Assembly (NCBI GenBank): GCA_963535465.1
Contig: CAUSWF010000007.1
Span: 1,692-65,691 of the forward strand
Origin: an uncultured Erysipelotrichaceae bacterium
GTDB lineage: Bacteria; Bacillota_I; Bacilli_A; RF39; UBA660
Direction of reading: 5' to 3'
DNA: 64,000 nt
Positions 36,757-46,131 of the stretch are shown here, in pieces (position 1 is the stretch's first letter; every line of letters starts with the position of its first letter). The notes under the pieces were generated by a model. It did not search any database. It was not told the DNA's origin and saw only the letters and a list, made by a program, of their open reading frames with translations. The position numbers and the translations under genes are program-made.

Positions 36757-38779
36757 TAATATTACCCCCATCTATACATAAAATTCTATTATATAAATCT
36801 AAATTACTCTTACGATGACTTATAAATATCAAAGTAGAATTATATAAATAATCCATAATACCCATAATAATATCTCTTTCCATTGAAATAGATAAAAAAT
36901 CAAATACTTCATCAAATATATATAAACTACACTTCTTAATAATACTTCTCGCAACTATTATTCTAATACCCTCTCCATTACTTAGATTACTACCATTATC
37001 TATTATTATTTTATTAGGATCTTTTATCTTACATAAACTAATTACTTTATCAACCTCATCCTTACTATAATTAACACCCATCGTAATATTATATATAACA
37101 CTCCCATTAAATATAGCCTCTTTCGATACATATAAACTATTTCTTCTAATACACTCTAAATGATAATGATTAATATCAATATCACCTATCTTAATAGAAT
37201 TATAACTAACCTCTCTATATCTCATAAGTATATGAGCTAAACTACTCTTACCAATACCACTCTCTCCATATATAAATACTCTATCCTTATACTTTATTAA
37301 ACATTTAGCATGATTAAATATATATCTACCATCTATTTGAATATTTAAATCTAATATATTAATATCTTCTTTTAAATCATATTTTAAATAATAAAAACTA
37401 TTACTATAATCATCACTATCTAAATAATATAAATCACATATTCGCTTCATACTAATATAAAACATAGAATAATCATCTATAAGCATAAATATTCTATTAA
37501 AAGAGGATAAAACAAAAGATAAAAAAGTATTATATAAAAATAAATCTACTATACTAATACTTTCTACAATAACCTCCCTAATACCAATAGAATATATAAA
37601 AACATATAATAAATTACTAAGATTATTTTTTATATAATTAACTACATTAATAAAAAATAAATATAAATAATTAATATTAATAAACTCTTCATATAGATTG
37701 ACACTATTATCAATAAACCTCTTCTCAAAGTGACTTCCTTTAATAGTATTAATAGATGAAAACTCCTCCACTATACTACTATTAATATTATCTTCAACTC
37801 TCTTAGTTTTATTATATTTATCTCTTCTATATTTACTAGTAACAATAGAAAAAATTATATTTATAATAAAATATATTAAACATATCCAAGTAATTAACTT
37901 ACTAATCTTAAACATAAATATTAAAAACAAAATAATACTAAATATATCAATTATTAAAAACATAAATACCTTAGTAATATAATCTTTTACTATACTTAAA
38001 TCTCTAATTCTATTTAATATCTCTCCGCTAGTTCTACTCTTAAAATAATAATATGGAAGTAACAATATTTTACTAAATAAAGAAGAAGTAACTATCTTAT
38101 CAAATATAAACATAATCTTAATTATTAAAGTATCTCTAATTAACACAATAACTTCTTTCAATATATATAAACTAATTATAAAAATATTAATATAAAATAA
38201 GTTATTAGTATTACCAAACTTTTCAATATAATTAGTCATATATTTTAAATGTATAGAACAAAATAAATTAAATAAAAAACTAAATACTATAAATATAAAT
38301 ACTATAAATAAACTACTCTTATTATTTCTAATAAATTTATTAACCTCTTTTACTATAATATTTCTCTTACGCATTATAGGTAAACTCCTATTAGGTTTAA
38401 ATAATAAAAATGTATTAGTACTAATACTATTAAATTCATATTTACTTATCTTTTTATAACCACAACTAGGATCCATTATAAGTATTTCTTTATCTACTTT
38501 TACAACTACTACAAAATGCATTAAACCCTTAATATTAACATAGGCAATACATGGTAAATTATCACTAATATTATCTATATCAGACTCTACTCCCCTAGCA
38601 GCCATTCCAAGCCTCTTAGAATAATTTATAAGTTCTAATGCACTAACTCCTTCTTTATTAGTATTAGTACCCTCTCTTAAAATACTCTTACTAATATCTC
38701 CCTTATAGTATCTAATAATATATAGTAGACAACTAACTCCACAATCACTAATATCATCTTGTAACACAGCTCTTATCAT
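36746..38779 (-). CDS. bacteriocin-processing ABC exporter with N-terminal C39 peptidase domain
   Basis: C39 motifs QDDISDCGVSCL (Cys), HFVVVV (His) and DP. Six-TM core. Walker A GESGIGKSS, variant signature LSNGEG, Walker B LYIFDE, H-loop SHR. Confidence 0.85.
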   Translation of the reverse strand: MIRAVLQDDISDCGVSCLLYIIRYYKGDISKSILREGTNTNKEGVSALELINYSKRLGMAARGVESDIDNISDNLPCIAYVNIKGLMHFVVVVKVDKEILIMDPSCGYKKISKYEFNSISTNTFLLFKPNRSLPIMRKRNIIVKEVNKFIRNNKSSLFIVFIFIVFSFLFNLFCSIHLKYMTNYIEKFGNTNNLFYINIFIISLYILKEVIVLIRDTLIIKIMFIFDKIVTSSLFSKILLLPYYYFKSRTSGEILNRIRDLSIVKDYITKVFMFLIIDIFSIILFLIFMFKISKLITWICLIYFIINIIFSIVTSKYRRDKYNKTKRVEDNINSSIVEEFSSINTIKGSHFEKRFIDNSVNLYEEFININYLYLFFINVVNYIKNNLSNLLYVFIYSIGIREVIVESISIVDLFLYNTFLSFVLSSFNRIFMLIDDYSMFYISMKRICDLYYLDSDDYSNSFYYLKYDLKEDINILDLNIQIDGRYIFNHAKCLIKYKDRVFIYGESGIGKSSLAHILMRYREVSYNSIKIGDIDINHYHLECIRRNSLYVSKEAIFNGSVIYNITMGVNYSKDEVDKVISLCKIKDPNKIIIDNGSNLSNGEGIRIIVARSIIKKCSLYIFDEVFDFLSISMERDIIMGIMDYLYNSTLIFISHRKSNLDLYNRILCIDGGNINEI

Positions 38780-38820
38780 ATATCCTCCAATATATTAAAC
38801 AAAAAATATTGATAAGACAC

Positions 38821-38845
38821 TAAAAAAATAGGATTTCTCCTATTT
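38821..38845 (-). terminator. terminator after aspS
   Basis: AAATAGGA-GAAA-TCCTATTT followed by a U-run. Confidence 0.7.
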
Positions 38846-40576
38846 TAAATCTATTTTAATATGTGCTTCTCTAAGTTGCTTTTCAGATATTTCAGAAGGA
38901 CATCCCATCATCATATCAGACCCATTTGCTGAAAGTGGAAATGGTACAACTTCTCTAATATTTTCCTCATCAAGTAAAAGCATTAATATTCTATCTATTC
39001 CAGGAGCCATACCAGCATGAGGAGGTGCTCCATATTTAAATGCTTCATATAAAGATGGGAATTTATTTATAACTTCTTCTTCAGGATATCCAGCAATAGA
39101 AAATGCGCGTTTTAGTATTTCAGGTGAATGATTTCTAACTCCTCCTGAAGCCATCTCATATCCATTACATACAAAATCATATTGATATGCTTCTATATCA
39201 AATGGATTCTTATTGTTAAGCGCATCAAGTCCACCTTGTGGCATAGAAAATGGATTATGAGAAAACTCTATACTACCATCTTCTTCATTTTCTTCATAAA
39301 ATGGAAAATCATTTATTATACAAAATTCATATTTTGACTTATCTATTAAATCTAATTCCTCTCCTAATTTAGTTCTTAAATTACCCATTATTCTAGAACA
39401 TCTCTTTTTATCAGCTACTATAAATAATACATTACCATCTACTAAATTAAATTTATCTCTAAGTAATTGTCTAATATTATCATCAAAGAATTTATCTAAA
39501 GAAGACTTAAATCCTCCATCTACTACTTTAATATATCCTAATACACTATGTAATCCCTTAACATACTCTTCTAACATCTTATACCAAGAATTAGACTTAT
39601 CTATATTATCCACTTTAATACATCTAACTACAGTATCCTTAAATGGAGCAAAGTCGCTCAAATTCATAATATCACTAATATCTTCTATTATTAGAGGATT
39701 TCTAAGATCAGGTTTATCACTACCATATTTTAATAATGCATCTTTATATTTAATTCTTCTAAATGGTAAAGGTGAAACCTCTTTGTTACCAAACTTAGTA
39801 AATACATCATAAAATACTTTTTCACCAATCTTATATACATCCTCATCTTCAGCAAAACTCATTTCAAAATCTAATTGATAAAACTCTCCATACAATCTAT
39901 CACTTCTAGGGTCTTCATCTCTAAAACAAGGTGCTATTTGAAAATACTTATCAAAACCAGATACCATTAATAATTGCTTAAATATTTGAGGAGCTTGTGG
40001 TAATGCATAAAACTTACCAGGATACTTACGAGAAGGTATAATAAAGTCTCTTGCTCCCTCAGGTGATGAAGCAGTAACAATAGGTGTTTGTATCTCAGTA
40101 AAATCCATTCCTCTCATTAAATCTCTAATATAAGAAATTACCCTACTTCTAAATAAAATATTATTATGAACTTCACTATTTCTTAAATCTAAATATCTAT
40201 ATTTTAATCTAGTATCTTCTAAAGACTCCTTACTATGAGCAACTTCAAATGGTAAAACAGGTAATGCCTCTCCTAATACTTCTATATCACTAATTACTAC
40301 TTCAACTTCGCCTGTTTTCATATTAGGATTAATCATATCACTTCGTCTTCTTCTAACAACACCAACTACACTAACAGTAGACTCTTTAATTAAATTACTA
40401 TATTTTTCTACTTCATCTGTATAAAGTTGTACTATACCAGTCTCATCTCTTAAAGTAATAAATTCTAAACTTCCTAAATTTCTAATAGAATTAATCCATC
40501 CAGCAAGTCTTATTTCCTTATCTACTAAATCTACTCCAACTTTTCCACAATAACAATTTCTATACTTATTTCCCAT
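38840..40576 (-). CDS. aspS: aspartate--tRNA ligase
   Basis: OB-fold N-terminus, FRDEDPRSDR..EFYQLD, and GMAPGIDRILM motif 3. Confidence 0.95.
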   Translation of the reverse strand: MGNKYRNCYCGKVGVDLVDKEIRLAGWINSIRNLGSLEFITLRDETGIVQLYTDEVEKYSNLIKESTVSVVGVVRRRRSDMINPNMKTGEVEVVISDIEVLGEALPVLPFEVAHSKESLEDTRLKYRYLDLRNSEVHNNILFRSRVISYIRDLMRGMDFTEIQTPIVTASSPEGARDFIIPSRKYPGKFYALPQAPQIFKQLLMVSGFDKYFQIAPCFRDEDPRSDRLYGEFYQLDFEMSFAEDEDVYKIGEKVFYDVFTKFGNKEVSPLPFRRIKYKDALLKYGSDKPDLRNPLIIEDISDIMNLSDFAPFKDTVVRCIKVDNIDKSNSWYKMLEEYVKGLHSVLGYIKVVDGGFKSSLDKFFDDNIRQLLRDKFNLVDGNVLFIVADKKRCSRIMGNLRTKLGEELDLIDKSKYEFCIINDFPFYEENEEDGSIEFSHNPFSMPQGGLDALNNKNPFDIEAYQYDFVCNGYEMASGGVRNHSPEILKRAFSIAGYPEEEVINKFPSLYEAFKYGAPPHAGMAPGIDRILMLLLDEENIREVVPFPLSANGSDMMMGCPSEISEKQLREAHIKIDLK

Positions 40577-40593
40577 ATTTCCTCCAATAAACT

Positions 40594-40752
40594 AAAAAAA
40601 GACCATAAATCTAAGGACGAGTATACCCGTGGTGCCACCTTAGTTCATGTCTTCCATGCTCTTTATATCTTAACGCGACTAACGATTGTCTTATAACTTG
40701 TGTCTTCATCTATTTATTATTAATAGTTTTCACCAACCACTATCTCTCTAAA
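40594..40752 (-). promoter_or_regulatory. T-box leader, Asp specifier GAC (40702-40704)
   Basis: AGAGAGATAGTGGTTGGTGA stem I, GAA-GAC-A specifier, T-box AAGGTGGCACCACGGG, and a terminator with U7 before the aspS RBS. Confidence 0.9.
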
Positions 40753-40822
40753 AATATAAATAGACTACTCTTCAAGTAAACATTACATCTATATTTTAAT
40801 AAATCATTTAAAATAAGTCAAA

Positions 40823-40847
40823 CAAAAAAAAGCAGATATAATCTGCT
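40823..40847 (-). terminator. terminator after tRNA-Arg
   Basis: AGCAGAT-TAT-ATCTGCT followed by U8. Confidence 0.7.
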
Positions 40848-40858
40848 TAATATTCAAA

Positions 40859-40935
<77 letters not shown>

Positions 40936-40958
40936 ATGCTCTTTCGGTTACAAGTAAA

Positions 40959-40988
40959 ATTATATACTAAATTACCTAACTTTGGCAA
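40959..40988 (-). promoter_or_regulatory. promoter of tRNA-Arg
   Basis: TTGCCA, 18 nt, then TATAAT. It lies about 24 nt upstream of the mature 5' end. Confidence 0.5.
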
Positions 40989-41005
40989 GCATTTTTTTAT
41001 TTTTT

Positions 41006-41503
41006 TTATTTGAATATTTTCTTTCTAAGTTTAAAATTATCATTATTATTAAATAAACCATCTCTAATTTTTTTATATAAGCTAACTCTAATACTAGGAT
41101 AGATATTATATATAATATCTTTAATTTCTTTAACCCTATCATTACTAGTAGTATAAATTGGTTCAATATCATCATGTATTTCATAAGAAAAATTATTCTT
41201 ATATAAAGTATAAAATATATTTTTATCTTTTAAACTTTCCAGTATCTTAATAAACTCTTTCGCCTGTATTAAAGAAATAGAATCTCCAAAATAAATTAAA
41301 TAATTATCTCCAGTTCCAAGTATAACAACATATCCTAAAGAAGAAAGTATTCTAGCCTTCTGAAAACCGACATCTAATTTAAAATAATTATTTATTTTAT
41401 TCTTCTCAATATAATAATTAACATATTTAATATGCTCTTCAAAAAAACTATTATCATAAATTATACCTAATTTATCAATAATTATTAATCTCTTATTATC
41501 CAT
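41006..41503 (-). CDS. hypothetical protein
   Basis: ORF ATGA-coupled to the upstream SDR gene. No motif recognised. Confidence 0.45.
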   Translation of the reverse strand: MDNKRLIIIDKLGIIYDNSFFEEHIKYVNYYIEKNKINNYFKLDVGFQKARILSSLGYVVILGTGDNYLIYFGDSISLIQAKEFIKILESLKDKNIFYTLYKNNFSYEIHDDIEPIYTTSNDRVKEIKDIIYNIYPSIRVSLYKKIRDGLFNNNDNFKLRKKIFK

Positions 41504-42228
41504 TAATTTTTTCTTCCACCATCTACTTTAATAATCGCATCATTTATATAACTAGCATCTTTACTACATAAGAATACTATTACCTTAGCTATTTCTTCAC
41601 TAGAAGCAAATCTACCAAGTAATATTTTATCTTCTTCAACTGCTCTTTGATCATAACTTAAATCTTTATTCATAGGAGTATCTACCCATCCAGGACAAAC
41701 ACAATTAACTCTAATAGGCGCAAGACTTAAAGCAAAATTATGAGTAAGAGAAATAACTCCTGCCTTAGAAGCATCATAATCAATAGACTCAGGATAATAA
41801 CTATCTATCGCATTAGTAGAAGAAACATTTACTATAACTCCTCTTTCACCCATCAACCTAGAAGCATACTTAGTAACTAAAAAAGTACCAACTAAATTAA
41901 CATCAACTACTCTTCTAAACTCTAAACTACTCTTATCATTAATAAAATTATCTAAAGCAATTGATGCATTGTTTATTAATATATCTATACTACCAAAATC
42001 ATTATATATATTATCAATTAATTTAGAAACATCTTCTTCACTACTTATATCACATTGATAAGAATAACACTTAACAGAATAATTTGATAAAATCTCATCA
42101 ACTACCCTATCCGCACCATCTTTATTCTTGTTGTAACATACCGCAACATCTATATTATGACTAGCTAAAAGTAGCGCTACTTGACTACCAATTCCACTGC
42201 TTGCCCCAGTAACAATCGCAACTGCCAT
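41503..42228 (-). CDS. SDR-family oxidoreductase (FabG-like)
   Basis: TGASSGIGS, NNAS and YDASK motifs. Confidence 0.8.
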   Translation of the reverse strand: MAVAIVTGASSGIGSQVALLLASHNIDVAVCYNKNKDGADRVVDEILSNYSVKCYSYQCDISSEEDVSKLIDNIYNDFGSIDILINNASIALDNFINDKSSLEFRRVVDVNLVGTFLVTKYASRLMGERGVIVNVSSTNAIDSYYPESIDYDASKAGVISLTHNFALSLAPIRVNCVCPGWVDTPMNKDLSYDQRAVEEDKILLGRFASSEEIAKVIVFLCSKDASYINDAIIKVDGGRKN

Positions 42229-42229
42229 A

Positions 42230-42622
42230 CTATCTTCCTACCCTTTCAATAAATTCTAAACTACTATCTATATCAGAATCAACAATATAACTCTTCATCT
42301 TATTATTTTCTAAATATACTAAACTAGCTCCCCTAAACTTAATATCACTAGAAATACCATATTTACTCAACTTATTATAGTAATCACTATTACTCTTATC
42401 AAGTATCTTATAACTAATATTATTACTATCTAAAACGCCCTTTACTTTATCACATAGAAAGCAATTATTATCCCTTATTAATATATAATTAAAAACTTCC
42501 CTTTTATCATCTATCCTATTATATATAGATACAACTAAGCATACTATAGGTACTAATATAATAATACTAACAATTAACCCTATAACAGCATTTCTCTTCA
42601 TCATTACTATTTCTTCATCCAT
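42230..42622 (-). CDS. membrane-anchored glutaredoxin/thioredoxin-fold-like protein
   Basis: One TM helix and a CFLC (CxxC) motif in a roughly 90-aa domain. Start trimmed to ATG MDEEIV; the track's start is a GTG inside the RBS AGGTGA. Confidence 0.45.
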   Translation of the reverse strand: MDEEIVMMKRNAVIGLIVSIIILVPIVCLVVSIYNRIDDKREVFNYILIRDNNCFLCDKVKGVLDSNNISYKILDKSNSDYYNKLSKYGISSDIKFRGASLVYLENNKMKSYIVDSDIDSSLEFIERVGR

Positions 42623-42667
42623 ACAATTCACCTATAATATTATATCATGTAAACACTTTATAGCATA

Positions 42668-42691
42668 TAAAAAGATTGATAATATCAATCT
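42668..42691 (-). terminator. second hairpin plus U-run about 45 nt after the ileS terminator
   Basis: AGATTGAT-ATT-ATCAATCT followed by UUUUU. Confidence 0.5.
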
Positions 42692-42735
42692 ATTATACTA
42701 ATCATATGTATAATGGAATATGTCTTAAAGAAAAT

Positions 42736-42763
42736 AAAAAATGTAGAATATTCTACATTTTTA
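42736..42763 (-). terminator. terminator after ileS
   Basis: Perfect 18-nt palindrome ATGTAGAATATTCTACAT flanked by A/T runs. Confidence 0.7.
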
Positions 42764-45700
42764 AACTCTTTCTACTTTTATAAATGCTGAAGATGAATTT
42801 AATTCATACTTATCTGATAAACTAGTATCTTTAATTAACTTATCTCCAAGTACTTCACCCATAATATAATCTTTATATTTATCAAACATTTCATCAATAT
42901 CACTATCTCCATTGTAGTAAACATTAATATGATCAGTTATAACAAAGTCAGCTTCTTTTCTTAATGATTGAACAGTTCTAACAAACTCTCTTGCTAAACC
43001 TTCAAGGATTAACTCAGGAGTTAAATGAGTATCAAGTACTACACTAACTCTATCATTTCCTGCTCCTTCAAATCCTTCTTTTTGTTTAATAGAAATAATT
43101 ACCATATCACTAGTTATATTAAACTCTTCACCATCTAATATAATAGTCTTATTATTATTCTTAACTTCTTCTATATCTTCTCTACTAAAATTAGATAACT
43201 CTTCTTGGAATAACTTAATCTTACTTCCAAGTACTTTACCAACTTCTTTAAAGTTAGGTTTAATTACGTAATCCATATATTGACTCATATCTTCTTTAAA
43301 TAATATTTCTTTAACATTTAATTCTTCTTTAATAACACTAACTAAATCTCCAATAATATCCTTAGTATCAATTGGTAAATATATATTACTAATAGGTTGT
43401 CTAACTTTAATAGAAGCCTCTTCTCTAGCGTTTCTTCCTAAACTACAAACATCTCTTACCATATCCATTTGTTTTTCAACATCCAAATTGATTAATTTCT
43501 CATTAACTTTAGGGAACTCTGCTAAATGAACTGATTCATCTCCAGTTAAATTCCTATAAACTTCTTCACTCATAAATGGAACTATAGGAGCACTTAATCT
43601 ACATAATGTAGATAATACTTCATAAGTAGTTTGATATACTGCTTTCTTAGAAATACTCATCTCACTATCCCAGAATCTTCTTCTACAACTTCTAATATAC
43701 CAGTTAGATAAATCATCGTTTAAGAAATCAACTAAATACTTAGTAACTTTATTTAAATCATACTCTAAATATGCATTAGAAACATTTTTAACTAATCTAT
43801 TTAATTTAGATAATAACCATTTATCAATTAACTCTCTATCTTCTGCTTCAATATTATATTCTCTAGGATCAATATGATCAGCATTCGCATACATTTGGAA
43901 GAATGAATAAGTATTCTTAAATGTAGAAGTAAACTTAGAATAAACCTCTTTAACTATATCTTCATTAAACTTAAGTGGAGTCCATACTGGAGAAGTATAT
44001 AACATAGTAAATCTAATTGTATCTGCTCCATATTTTCTCATTATTTCAATTGGCTCAATAATATTACCAGTAGACTTACTCATCTTCTTACCAAACTTAT
44101 CAAGCATCATATCATTAACTACTACATTCTTATAACTAGAAACACCAGATAAAATAGTAGAAATAACTATCAATGAATAGAACCATCCTCTAGTTTGATC
44201 AACTCCTTCAGCAATAAAATCAGCTGGGAATTGTTCTTTAAATAATTCTTTATTTTCAAATGGATAATGGAATTGTGCATATGGCATAACACCACTATCA
44301 AACCAAACATCTACTACATCAAGTACTCTAGTCATTAAAGATGAACACTTTGGACATTTTAAATGTAATTGATCAACATATGGTCTATGTAATTCAATCT
44401 TTTTAACATCTACATCTTCTACAACCATACTTTGTAATTCATCAAGTGAACCAATAACATGTTTATGACCACAACTACATGTCCATATAGGTAGCGGACA
44501 TCCCCAATATCTATTTCTAGAAATTCCCCAATCTACCATATTTTCTAACCAGTTAGCAAATCTCTTTTCTCCAACGTAATCTGGATACCAATTAACATGT
44601 TTATTAGCTTCTATTATTTGATCCTTTACTTTAGTAGTTTCAATATACCAAGCTGGCTTAGCATAATATATTAGAGGATGATTACATCTCCAACAATGAG
44701 GATATTCATGCACCATCTTAATCTTCTTAAATAATTTATCATTTTCTTTTAAATATTTAATAATCTCAATCTCAAGTTCAGGATCAACTACATCTCTTCC
44801 TACCCAAGGTCCAACGTTGTAGCATCCATCTTTACCAACTGGATTTAATGTAGGTAAATTATATTTCTTACCAACCTTATTATCATCTTCACCAAATGCA
44901 GGAGCAATATGTACTATACCTGTACCATCACTATCAGTAACATAATTATCTACAGTAACATAAAATGCTTTCTTATTAACTTCCATAAAAGGTAATAATT
45001 GTTCATAAGAAATACCTTCTAACTCACTACCTTTAAATTCAGATATTACTTCAATATCTTCTCCCAATACTTTATTAACTAAACTCTTGCCAACAATAAA
45101 AGTATATCCCATACTCTTAACCTTAACATAAGTAAGATCAGGATTAACACATAATGCTACATTAGCCATTAATGTCCAAGGAGTAGTAGTCCAAACTAAG
45201 AAATATTCATCTTTTCCAACTACTTTAAAAGGAACAATTACAGTATTAACACTAACTTCTTTATATCCTTGTGACACTTCATTAGCAGATAACTCAGTAC
45301 CACATCTAGGACAATATGGTAATACTTTATTCCCATAATATAAAAGTCCTTTTTTATCTATTTCTTTTAATGCCCACCATTCACTCTCTATATAATCATT
45401 AGTACAAGTAATATAAGGATTATTCATATCAATAAATTGACCCATAACCTTAGTTACTTTATTAATTTCATCTATATTAGTCGCAGTAGCTAAATTACAT
45501 TCACGACAAAAGTTCTCAATACCAAATTTCTCAATATCACCCTTATTTTTAAAACCTAACTTTTTCTCAACATTAACTTCTATTGGTAATCCATGAGTAT
45601 CAAGTCCAATCTTTCTTTTTACCTTATACCCATTCATAGTCTTATATTTACAAAAAGCATCTTTTATAGTTTTCGCAAATACATGGTGAAGACCAGGTTT

Positions 45701-45853
45701 AGCATTAGCGTATATTGGTCCATCATAAAACACATAATTCTTATCATTTCTACTATCAATACACTTAGTTAATATATCAATACTATCCCAATATTCATTA
45801 ACCCTATCTTCAGCATCACTAATTGATCCTTTATATAACTCTTTAAATTCCAT
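42761..45853 (-). CDS. ileS: isoleucine--tRNA ligase (long type 2 form)
   Basis: HIGH-type PGLHHVF, KMSKS, and a CP1 editing insertion. Start trimmed to MEFKEL, preceded by AGGAGGA. Confidence 0.95.
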   Translation of the reverse strand: MEFKELYKGSISDAEDRVNEYWDSIDILTKCIDSRNDKNYVFYDGPIYANAKPGLHHVFAKTIKDAFCKYKTMNGYKVKRKIGLDTHGLPIEVNVEKKLGFKNKGDIEKFGIENFCRECNLATATNIDEINKVTKVMGQFIDMNNPYITCTNDYIESEWWALKEIDKKGLLYYGNKVLPYCPRCGTELSANEVSQGYKEVSVNTVIVPFKVVGKDEYFLVWTTTPWTLMANVALCVNPDLTYVKVKSMGYTFIVGKSLVNKVLGEDIEVISEFKGSELEGISYEQLLPFMEVNKKAFYVTVDNYVTDSDGTGIVHIAPAFGEDDNKVGKKYNLPTLNPVGKDGCYNVGPWVGRDVVDPELEIEIIKYLKENDKLFKKIKMVHEYPHCWRCNHPLIYYAKPAWYIETTKVKDQIIEANKHVNWYPDYVGEKRFANWLENMVDWGISRNRYWGCPLPIWTCSCGHKHVIGSLDELQSMVVEDVDVKKIELHRPYVDQLHLKCPKCSSLMTRVLDVVDVWFDSGVMPYAQFHYPFENKELFKEQFPADFIAEGVDQTRGWFYSLIVISTILSGVSSYKNVVVNDMMLDKFGKKMSKSTGNIIEPIEIMRKYGADTIRFTMLYTSPVWTPLKFNEDIVKEVYSKFTSTFKNTYSFFQMYANADHIDPREYNIEAEDRELIDKWLLSKLNRLVKNVSNAYLEYDLNKVTKYLVDFLNDDLSNWYIRSCRRRFWDSEMSISKKAVYQTTYEVLSTLCRLSAPIVPFMSEEVYRNLTGDESVHLAEFPKVNEKLINLDVEKQMDMVRDVCSLGRNAREEASIKVRQPISNIYLPIDTKDIIGDLVSVIKEELNVKEILFKEDMSQYMDYVIKPNFKEVGKVLGSKIKLFQEELSNFSREDIEEVKNNNKTIILDGEEFNITSDMVIISIKQKEGFEGAGNDRVSVVLDTHLTPELILEGLAREFVRTVQSLRKEADFVITDHINVYYNGDSDIDEMFDKYKDYIMGEVLGDKLIKDTSLSDKYELNSSSAFIKVERV

Positions 45854-45866
45854 ACTTCCTCCTAAC

Positions 45867-46078
45867 AAAAAAACTACTCATCCAACAAAGGACGAATAGT
45901 TCGTGGTACCACCTTATTTTACTAGTAAACTAGCCTCATATTTATAACGTAATTACCCGTATTTATCTTTAAATAAATCGCACTTGAAAGTGATACTAAT
46001 ATACCTATCTATGTATTTTCACCAACCATACACTCTCTAAAAGAATCAGTACACTACGTCTTTCGCACTTGCTTTATA
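45867..46078 (-). promoter_or_regulatory. T-box leader, Ile specifier AUC (45992-45994)
   Basis: AGAGAGTGTATGGTTGGTGA stem I, nearly identical to the pheS leader. AUC-A lies before the closing ACTTT. T-box AAGGTGGTACCACGA, and U7 before the ileS RBS. Confidence 0.85.
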
Positions 46079-46084
46079 AAATGA

Positions 46085-46113
46085 ATAATATCAAATTTAT
46101 TAAATTATTTCAA
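46085..46113 (-). promoter_or_regulatory. promoter of ileS T-box leader
   Basis: TTGAAA, 17 nt, then TATTAT preceded by TGa. Confidence 0.6.
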
Positions 46114-46131
46114 TAGATTTTAATAATTTAA

